A stretch of DNA of 64,000 nucleotides from Perna viridis (lineage: Eukaryota): assembly GCA_037379345.1 (NCBI GenBank), contig CM074518.1, forward strand, positions 15,686,001-15,750,000, given 5' to 3'. The notes below the pieces were generated by a model. It searched no databases. It was given only the letters and a program-made list of their open reading frames with translations, and was not told the origin of the DNA. The translations under genes were made by a program, and so were the position numbers. The first letter of the stretch is position 1. Every line of letters starts with the position of its first letter. This document shows positions 14,301 to 26,300 of the stretch, piece after piece.

Positions 14301-17300
14301 TATCAATAAAATCTGTGTCAAACATTGATAACTTGATTTATCAAAGGTGTTACTTGATTTCACTCAAGTAAATGCTCATCCAAAACTATATTTCACCTTA
14401 CCTGATAAACCTTTTTTGCCCAATGGCGAAATGACTCTTCCTGTCCACATAATTCATCGCCCTCTCCCAAGCTATATATTCGTGTTGCACCAAGTGATTC
14501 TATTGTTTTATCTATTAATTGGCTGAAGGCGCAAAACTTTGGGTAGGCTCTAGATCCTAATCCAAACACACTGAACTTGATATGACCGAGTGACTGTGGC
14601 AAATATCTGTTTGACTGTCGACTCGAAAATCTGCTGTGGTTGTCATTGTCATATTTTCCACTTTAATATGCAGTGATTTAATTATAATACAAGGGCAAAC
14701 TAGGGAAATAAAGCTGCTATTCGTTTTCGCAATAAATACTACTTGTAACAGTTTCTTTATTTCATTATACTAGAACTTGTCGTTACTTGAGCAAGTCAGT
14801 GTTTGTTTCTGGAAAGTAATGTTTGCTTATTCTACCGGTTTATCTTGTCCATACTCCAATTGTTTAGTGGAGTTCGGGTTTCTCATTCATTTTTCCAGTT
14901 TCTGTGTGTATTATTTTACGAAAGTGTTACCTTTGTGATTTGTCAGTGTTCATGGTTTAGTGTTTGTCCTTAAGCTTGGATCATGAAAATAATGTTCATC
15001 TTAATCATGGTCTACGGTTTAACTATACAACAGTAGAGTATACTTATGAAACAACAAGAAGAAAGTCTACCGAACAGACACAGTAACAAAACACAACATG
15101 TCATTCCCTCTATTAGTATACATAGGGATTCGACCAAATAATTGACAATAATCCATGATCATTTTCTTTAAAAAACTATGATAGCAACATTCAGTATGTT
15201 TATACAGCTGTAACTGACTTACATTAAACGTCCTGGTAATTCTTTGATTGTCGTTAATGCATGTGCAAATGTCTACAAATGATTTAATATTTCAATGAAC
15301 ATGAAAATCTTACACAGTGAAAACCGTCTATTATTAGAAGCCAAACCTCTTCCGACCTTTACAGTTAGTCTGGTTTAGACAAGTGTTTGGTCCACAAAGG
15401 TTTTACTACATTCAACATTTTTCATTCCGTTTGTATTGGTGTCTCTTTGACATATTTACCATCGACATTCTCGTTATAATCAAATTGTTAATATGGACTT
15501 TAAAAAGTGTCTGGCTCAGACAGGTTTATGTAATATACAATGTTTAGTACAGACAGGTTTCACAGTAGTTAATGTTTCCGATATGTATCAATTAGTCACG
15601 TTACTCTCATATAGATGTTATAATCATTCACAGTGTTAATCTTACTGGAAACCATTTTTGAAAACTCGTGTCTCAAGTATCATGCTTTTCCTGTTAATTC
15701 GTATCCCATGATACGGGAAAAACCTGGTTTTGGTACAACAAAATGCCACCAGTTGATTGGACATATCTAACATGTACCACATACTTTTTTTTAAAGTACT
15801 TCAAAGTTAATCTGATTTCTGACTGACCTATTATATTGTATTTCAAATCAGATTGTATCATGACCATTTTGTACTTATAATTTGCATTAAGTGTTATAAA
15901 CTAATGTTTCCCTTTTCTGTTGTTTAAAAATGAAAAAAGGTTAAAATAAACAAGATAATACCTTTCCATTCTCAGGTGGATCTCCGTTTCCGAATGTACT
16001 TGTTACAAACAATATGAACTCTTCATGTTTAAGTTCTTTGATATTATAATGATCCATAATCAAAACCTGTAAAGTAATATTCTAGCATTCTTTCTTCGAG
16101 TAATTGTGAGAAGATCTCGGCCCTGTCATTGATGTTTCTATATGCAATTTAATTAAGGTAAAACAGATCAACTAAGAACAAACAAAAAACTAATACTTTT
16201 TCATTATTGTCCCTTACATTTTGTCTACATATTCATTGTTGTTTAAAAAAAATGGTATTTTCAATTAACTAAATTATATAACAATTTCATTCCTACCCGA
16301 ACATTGAAGTTTTGCCTGAACATTTTATGAAGGGTATTGGCAAACATCTCTGATTTTCCTGTTTCAGTAGCATACAATATTGTACACTTTACTCGCTGTG
16401 CCATACTTTGTTTCATCAGACTAAACCATTGGTAAATAACACTGAAATCATGAAAAAGAGATTGGAGGAAAACAAATAAAAGCTATCTTCTCAACTCCTT
16501 TACACTGTCTTCAGTTGGAAAAGGGAAATCTAGGGAACCAGGATTGGAGCGGTAATAAAAGAGAACATGAATCCAAAAACACTGACAAAACGAAAATAAC
16601 AGACACACATAACGTACAAAGAACAAGATATGATAAAAAACAACACACACATCAAACGTAAATGAGATTCACACGTGGAATATTTCATGTAATGATTAAT
16701 AGCGTACTTGCATTAAACCTGCAATTTCCATCGATCCAACTCTCAGTGTATGGTTTAAAATCGAAACAGTTCATTCATCTATTTGATTTTTGTCATCAGT
16801 AGGTGAATCATCCTGTGTTATAATTCCTTTTTCTATCTTGTTTCTATTCCATTAAATCAGACATTTTTCCTCGTTTTCCAGGGCCAACATGTTTTTTATA
16901 TAACTAGCACTATGACAATTATTTAACAATTCGTTGATCGTCATTTTGGAATATTCAATTTATATTGACCAATGTGTGGTTAGAATTATGTCACATGACT
17001 CGATGAACTTTTACCAACCTCGACAGAATCTTAAAACTCAGTTTACGTCTCGGTTTTGGTTGACGCACGTATTGGTCCTTTCGCCATACATAGGTTCTCC
17101 AGGCTTCGTCCTACCAAGACAACTTTTGTTTTACTTAGGTTACAATATTTGTTTTAGATTTGGAAATGAAATGGTGAAACGCCTAGTAAATCTACCAATA
17201 TTATAATTGAATCAATCTTTCTATACAACTATAAAAACGAAAAGGTAAAAATTGTACTATGCATTTCTTTAAATAAAAATTGCTGTAATTAATGACAAAA

Positions 17301-20300
17301 AAATAGTGTTTTAAAGGTAGTAACATGCTCGTTCAGGTACCTGGTGATGAAATAAAAACTGAAACTCATCATTACAATGTAAAAATAAAGACATTGAATC
17401 TTTACGTCAAGGTTAAAAATCTTGCGTCTGGTATCAAGTGTTTAAAAATTGTTAAGTTGTACGATATGTACAAAACCGAGATTTGTTCGTAAAGTTACCA
17501 TTAATGAATACAAGAGATTATCAATAACATAATTGAAAGTAGTGGAAGCTTTTAACAAATCACCCTCCCCTTTGAGGCAATGAGACAATTAAGTTTGCCA
17601 AAATATAACATGTTTGCATTTTATCAATGGTACATGTACGTTGGAAAGTCATTTATTTACTATCTACCAGAAATAGATGGCAGATTTCGGGAGTCACATG
17701 TATATGTACTAATGTATCACAACAAGTATAGAATTCCGAACTATTACGGCTTTTACTTGTACCTGGTATTCGTAGGAAGGTTTCAATTTAAACAACAACA
17801 TTTCTTGGTGAAACACAGACATCAGACTCCCACTGATAGGAGGAACAATCCAAACCCAATCAGCTGGGCATCCTCCTCTTTGTCTGTATTCGTTTTGCAT
17901 AAAATTCATGAAAGATTCTGATGCACTGTGATGATCGACAATGGTAGCTCCTACAGCCTTATACAAGAAATGAACCGATCAGAAGTCGTCGCAAAAGCAT
18001 ATGACGTTGTAAATGATATCATTCTTTCAAATTCCACATTTGATGGTCGCACAACAAAGCTAGAGACAATATGTACTATTTGATTAATTAATTTAAGTTT
18101 TTCGTCCTATGGTGAGGTCTTGTTTTCGTTATCTTTAATTTTATATGCATTAAGTTAGGTAATTCTTATGTTATCTACATTGTGTATGTATAGTCTTTGT
18201 TTCCTATTTTCACGTTTTGTCATGTACTTGAAGTTTTATGATTCTGGAATGTCTTTCTTTTTTAATGATTATGGAATGTCTTTCTATTTTTATGCCTTGA
18301 TATTTTTACCTTTATATGGCAGTAATATATTGTTTTTTTAAAATATACCCGAAAACTGTGAATAACTGCGATGTTGATTTCTACCACTGCTTTGTCGCGC
18401 CATAGAGAGGCATTGCTTTTAGTGTCAAGGCCAATTGCTCCAGCTATTTTCTGCAATGATAAGCAGTATGCAATAAAGTTATGTATCAAAAGTGATAAAT
18501 TTGCAATATGATTGATTATCTATTTGATCTCCATCTATGAAGTATATTATCCTTAGCTGTGTCTCATGATGCTAATCTTAATGAAGCGATTCGGACAGTT
18601 ATGTTTATTTATAACCACTCTTGTTTTCATAATCTCCTGGCTCTGGACAAGTACCAAAATTGTATGTCTTTGTTTGTTGCGATAAAGTTAGAGTGAAATT
18701 GAGATGTATGGGAATGTGCTGGCCACAGTGTGAAAGTTTGAATTCTTGAAAGTAGTTAGGAATGAGTGGTGAAAGTGAATAGATGTTCATTATTTGACAA
18801 AGTAATTATATATATATATATATATCCACAGAGAGTGAAGCGGGAGGGATTTTGGATAAAAGAACTCCGTGTTTTACACCCACACGAAATTAACAAAATA
18901 CGTTAAGTTCTTCCTATTTTGTACAGTTTCTTATAACAGTGTTTGTAAATATTTTCAGTTTTATGGTTCAGTATTCAAGATCAACACACAACGTGTGTCT
19001 ATAACACAATGTTCAAGATCTTTCTTACTGTCGATAAAATATTATACGTCACAGGTATTCACCTGATTAGGTAGTGAGTTGTGATCACAGACCATTTACT
19101 TTCATATACACTCAGTTTATTCAAGGCACTGAAGAAGGTCATTTGTTGACTGAAAATTTTGCTCATTATACATTTTATTATAGTCTATAAACATCATTAT
19201 CGGTATCGTTGTTCAATCCGTTAGACTTATATAATTTATTTGTTTGTACTGCATCATCATGACTCGACGATCCGATACCCATTAAATTTGCTGGTTGGCA
19301 GATTTCTTTAGACTTAATTTATATATATATATAAAGTCTAAAGGAATCTGCCAACCAGCAAACTTAATGGGTATCGGATCGTCGAGTATAGATATAAAAT
19401 AAATATGTATATAAGGACTATGACTTGACTTAAAACCAGTGCATAGAAACAACTCGGTTACATGTGTATAATGTGTCAACAAACTATTATTTGCATGTTG
19501 CAGAGTCTTCTATTTATAAAAGCAGATCGTGCTGTCATCACTAAACTCCAAATTTGATGATCAATTTAAAAATATGTTAAACTGCGTACTCGTTTATGTC
19601 TTTATTTCAAACGATCGGAAACCGGCAAATGTACATACATATAAAATGTTTGTTCTTAAAACTGCACGCAAAATAGGTAGAAATGAGAATTAGTCAGAGT
19701 GATGTACATTGTTTCCACATGCGTTGTTCATTTTTTCCGTACCTCTAGCATGTTATATCTATGCTTATCACACAGATCTCTGGCACCAACTTCTGTCCCC
19801 ATGTACCAGCCACTGAATGGACAAGCTGTAAACTGTAGACCGCCACAGTCTAACATCATATTAGCCACTGCTGGGAGACAATACCAACGGATACCAAGTT
19901 CTTTGATTCCTGGGTATCTACACACGAAATGTTATTTTACATTTTTTGCTTTTGTTTTGTGTTTTATCTGTACTAATAATTTTTTGTTTAATCACTTTAA
20001 CTTTTTACTTTTATATTGATTGTTTATACTTATAACTCTTATTATATTACTATCATTTAAAAGCATCTAGAGCAATACTTATGTGTGACGAAATTAAGAA
20101 AAATGAGGTCAATACGTTTACACATGATAGGTAAATAAAAAGATGAGTCAGGCACTTAATCGTGAAATTAGGCTTTCTAAATCTGTAGTAAACGTATTTA
20201 TATGTAACTGACTGTCGTATTGTGCAAAACAAAAAAAAAAAAAAAAAAAATCCATACATGCAAAACAAAATAAAACAAAACAAAACAGATTAAGTAAATT

Positions 20301-23300
20301 ATAGGAAAAGTTAGATTACATTGTTTTTTAACTCAAGTAAAATCATAAGGATTCTTTGATAATAAGAATTCTGTTAGTTGAGCTTAAAGTCAGACGGACT
20401 TCTTGGCTTATTCGTGAAGACTTCCCGCAAATTTATGATATTTTTGTTTTATTTTTTAAAGGTGTGTTGATTATAGATTTAGAGTGTTGAAAGGAGCATT
20501 ATACAGTCTACAGGGTACGAGGTGGGTGTTTACCTTGGATGTGTTATTTCAGCCTCTAGAACCAGTTCGTTGGGGTATTCAAACCATTCTGGATCACCTC
20601 CGTTTGCTTGCATTACCAATGGTAAAATATCAAACATACCAAATTTCCCCTTCCATCCCATTTTCATACAAATCTAAAAAGGTCATATATGCGGTCGTAA
20701 ATAATTTAAAATATGTTTAGCTTTTTGTGTGTGGAAAAACCCCGTGTTTAACCTCTAACGCGGGTTTTACGGTTTAAACACTTGATTCAGGGTTATTCTA
20801 ACGTCCGTTTTTGTTAATGTGGGGTCATTTCCTGAAAAAAAAAGCGTAAATAAATTGCTCTAACAAATGACTGTTTAGTTAATCTAAACAGCAATATGAG
20901 CATCCGGTGCTAAAATGGACGGATATAAACAACTACCGGCGTTAACAAAACCGTAAATTCGGCGCTGAAACCGAAAAACAGGCGTTAGGGGTTAGACACG
21001 GTGATAAAGAATAAAATGCATATGCAAGCCACATTTTAAAGCTTATGCACTAAAATACAATGAATGTTGCTAGATGTATTACATTTGATGCAAATAACCA
21101 CCAAGCTGATGTACATGTTTTAGACAACATATAACTATTGGCATTCAACATGTCTAAACTCTCCCTGCTAATTTTATTTACTATCGGGCAACTTCATAGT
21201 GAATTGCTTAAGAAAGGAAGACAAATATTTGGCAAACTATTTTATCTCATTTTGTGCAATATCAATGATAAACTGACACTGATCCATCCTCGGCTCTGTA
21301 ATAAATATAACCAACTCTTTGATAAACGTTATTACAGAGAATTTCAATTTTATAAGCATTTCGTTTTATCTTACCAAACTTATTCCAGATATCAAAAATG
21401 TTTTGTTTTATTACCTCGTGGTAAACAAAATTACTTCAACAATTTTACCGCTAGTATATCACTATGGGATTTAGAGGGTTTTTATAATACTTTTAGTGTG
21501 TTTCTTTCGGTACAAGTGTGTTGCTGATTGCTTCATTCTCTTTTGTTTTTAATTGTTTTTTTTCATCGACTTTCAATTTAATCGTCGTTAGCATTTATAT
21601 AACTAACCTCGGTAAAATGTGCGTTCATTGGATCCCCGATAATTATACCGTCTGCTTGCCTGTATCCCGCATACATGATCAACTGGGTATTCCATATCCT
21701 AAAGTCGTGATCATTGTCATTTCTCTGCCGGAAAACAGTAATTGCCGACCTTCAATGTTTAAGTAAGACTACATGATACTTACGACTCTATTGCATACAC
21801 AAGTCTAATTTGAATACAATTGAATACACAAATTAAAACGCTTCCAACAATTATTTTATTTTCCCAATTATTGTAGTTTGAGCAGATAAAAATAATTGCA
21901 CTTCAATTAAAAATGATAACCGATAGATTCGTTTACAAAAATGTTCTATAGTCGTAATAATCGAAGTGTTTATTTAAGGAATGACATTATTAATATTATT
22001 TTTTCCTGCTCTATGAAGAAATAACCTCAATCACGTGGTGCAAACAAAATAATATGCGTATCAAAATACAACTCTAACGTTAACTCTGTTCAATTTATAC
22101 ATGTAAAACAAATATATGCAACCGAAAACGTCAGTAAACGTCGGGAAAATACAGAAATTTAACTTATGTTGGAAAATTCTAATCGTGCATTAGCCCTAAT
22201 CCAACTCAAGAGCAGAGGTTTTCATAATGTTTTATGTGTTTCGATTGATGGTAGTAATATCAGAGACCAGCACATCTGCTTTTGGTAATTAGTATTGAAC
22301 CTAAAGTTACAATAACAGCCCATACATGATAATTTGTTAGCTACTCCAATTAATTAAACGAAATGCAAATTAAATAACTGTGAAAATTCTACCTTAGTAG
22401 AGTCATATGAATATGATCACCTTTTCGTATATAATTTAAATACATCTTCTTATGTAAATTATACCGTATAATTCAGAAATTAAAATATTAAAATATCCAG
22501 TTTATCAACTTTTTATTAGTTGTTATTTGTCAAATAAATTATGTAAGAGATAAGGAACCCAGTCACACTACAAGCCTATTCAACTAGCATTGTTATATGC
22601 ACCAAATATAAACATATTCAACAGGGTGAAGAAATTAGTTATTAGTAATACAAATATTTAACTTGCGATTTAATTCTAAAATTTCATACGACTAATTGGA
22701 AATAAATTGATTTCTAAATATTTTCTACAAAAGATATAAAATTATTTTACCACTTGATAAATCTATAGTGTATTGGTGTCTTTTTGCGCAGAAATACAAG
22801 TAAGGTTATTTACAAATCGATTTCTAAAACATATTTTTATGAAAACGTTAATTAAGTTCAATATAACTATATTTTCGATGAATAATGCAATCAAAAATTT
22901 CAAAAGACATAATTTATAGAACGAAATAGTATTAAAACAAAGCCTACAGAAAATGAATAGGTAATATCTGCTTAGTGGTACAAACCACGAAAAAGTTACT
23001 AGGAAGACGTTCCGATGGGAGTAGTGCCAATGAAAAGCCATCTGAGCAAAACCGGCTTAAAGAGAGGTCTGATCTATCCTACATGCACACTCGACCATAA
23101 ATAAAATAAGCCTTTCCCGTTACACGAGAATTAAAGAACAATGGACTGGACAGACCAGTGCCAGTCGTGAACCAGTCACTCTTGGTATACGGATACAGCT
23201 TAGTTAACCTTCATTAAATAGAAACTAGACGTGCGGAAATTTTTAAGACATCATTATGCAAAATGAAAACTCACCTGAGTTTACCGCCGTTAGTAGCATA

Positions 23301-26300
23301 CTTCATGTGTCGGCAGATAACCTCAAACATCCCACTTGCATCAGTTACATCTCGAGCATCGAACAACTACAGAGAGATAAATCGTTTGTTAATTACTCAG
23401 ACTCCCAAACTTGACTAACTGGAGGGAGATTACTATATATGTCGTTCGTACACAGTGAAGGTACCATATGTACATTATTCTAAAGTACATGTATTATCCC
23501 AATAAAGATAAATTGATTGAAGAACAGAATCATATGGACACGAAGATTCGTTGAATGCATTATGCATTTATATTTGTGGAACATTTATTCCCCTTGCAGC
23601 AGATAAAAAATGCATACATTTATATCAATCTGATTAAAAAAGTCAATATAGTTTGGAGAAAGCCTGATCAATGGTTTCTTTACATTCGTCCCGAGAAACG
23701 GCAGTTAATTTATGTGCTAGGGTAAGATTGTCATACAGCTGTATTTCTACAATATATAAATGTAATATTAGACCATTTAAAAAGCAACAAAACAAAACAA
23801 ACAACAATCATAACAAGACGCATTTACTTGAAATGTACTTAACCTCCATGCAGGGATGTAAATAGAAACAAAAGTAGTATGAACAAATTCAGTAATGACT
23901 CAGATAACTTAATTGCCTGTAAATTTGACCACTGTATTCTCCCAATACATCGCGGCGCATTCCTCCAACCTGTTTTGGCACCGAATTGTAGCTCTTCTGT
24001 TGTCATATGATAGGTACCGGTATCTTCTATTGATGTCTTCACTTCAAGCCATCTTCTAGTGTGTTGTGCCGAGTCCTTCCTGCTCACAAAGACAATCGCT
24101 TTAATGATTGAAACATGCAGAATTTAAGAAGACGAAAACTTCTCCAATCTTTGTGTTTTAAACTATAGATACAGGTTTGTCATTTATAAATAAAATAAAA
24201 AAAAAGTTTTTAAATTTCAAATGCAATTACCACAATGCCCGTTAATGTGTATCACACCCTGCAGATACTGGAGCTAGATTTGTTCTTATAGGTTTAGTGT
24301 ACGTTAATCCAGCTGTTAGTACGTTTCTGCATGCAAAGTAATAAAATAAACCTAAACATTTGGCAATTTAACCGACAAGTACTGGCATGATTGCAGGAAA
24401 GACAGCTTTTCGCTCATAACAGTTTTTCATAATTGCAATTGCACAATGCAATATTAATGCTTTAAGCAGTTTGTACTAAATACACCGCAACGGAAAGTAG
24501 TCTGATTTAAGCACAAAATTATTACCTTACTTCTTCATACCTTTTAAAACTAGAAAAGTATTGCTGAAAAAAATCTTCTGCTTCAGTCAGTATTTCTTCT
24601 TTTAATTTTGGTTTCTGTTTTGTCAAAGTTCCCATTAAAGAACCTTTACACTTCGATCCGCATGCAATATTCTACAAAACATTTGTTTTCAATCAAGGAA
24701 TACTTCTGTTCAGATGTCTGTACATCTAATAACTACCAATAACAATTCGAAACCAATAGTCAGTATATTATTCTCACGTATTTGCATGTGTTTGGAGTGG
24801 CAGGATCTGAAGTTTAACTGGATATGTGTTTGGTGTACCACTCCTTATAATGATACAACTGTCCATGATATTGTTACACAAAAACATATACGTAATAGGT
24901 ATGTTTATATGCATATACCAATCAGACATCAAGTCGTGTCCCTATAGAGTTTATGATTTATAACGTTCGTCTTCTGAAGCAAATCAGGGTTCTTACTAAG
25001 AACGACCATGTTCAGCAGGTTATATTTTATGGTAAATTAGATGAATTATTGAGACACACAGGCATTTGTTCTTACTTTAATACATTCATTTTAATAGTTT
25101 GAGTCAAATATAATGCATTGAAGTGGCTTGCATTTGCATGATTCGAATGATACATGCTTCTGTGTCAGGTAAAGTGGTTTTCTTTCAAGGGCTGGCCACT
25201 GTCTAATATTCAAATATGAAAGTTTGATATTGACAGGTCACTGATACAAACATGTATCCTTGTTCAGTATGAATTGTACATATGTTTCATGATTTTTTTT
25301 AAATCTTAATATGTAGAAAAGCTCAAACATAGGTTATCTTAACTATTTATGTACATAATATTGAATCACTCTTAGAGTTATACAGTAATTTTTATACGAT
25401 TATCGTCAATTATTCTTTCCTAACGTCGACAGTAGATATCAATAAGACAGTGGGAATTTTAGCCTGTTCATTTTAAGAAACAATCGAATTGTTTAATATC
25501 ATACGCATAAATGGGGCAAATATGTTACAATCGGAAGTATTGTCATTGAAGTCAAACTATGCCCCACTTTTTAACTCTTAATAATTAAATTGTGTTGCTA
25601 ATTTTGTTCACAATTATATATTACATAACTCTAGTAAAATCATTCATGTCTGCACAAATATTTGCTTTCTGTTATATGTATTTCCGAATAGTACTGTTCT
25701 CCGAACAATAGGGCGGAATAATAACAGACCAAATGGTTGACATAAGACATCGGCAAGAAAGTATTTAATCTTTATTGCGTTTAAGATTTGTTTAAGACTT
25801 ACTCAACATTGTGATACATATGACAAGTTATTTTCGAATAAAGGTTACTCTGAGTACGTCGACAGAGGAACGCTATCAAACTGAATAATGTGGCATGAAT
25901 CTGGTGTATAATATAGTAATTAAAACTGAAAATGAGAGGTTCTAATGAGCCTGGATCTGGGTCATTTACATGGGGAAATGAAATAATATATTCGTATCAT
26001 TTGGAACAAAATGTCCTTCAATTATATCATTTCCAATACCCGCTGAGCCATTGGATCATTTGTAAAGAGAATTGAGATCAACACCCCTTTAAGTTTCAAA
26101 ACAATGGCACTTGAGGTTTCAGAGGAGTTGATCTTTAAATGAATAAAAAGATCAAAAAGAAAAAAAATCGACAAAAAGACAAAGAAAGATCAATACATTT
26201 TAATAATAAATAATTCCATGGTTGGATTAAGCCATGCTGAATACGAAAACAGCCCATCATTTAGTAAGTGACATATTTAACATATCCATCTGAAGTAAAA

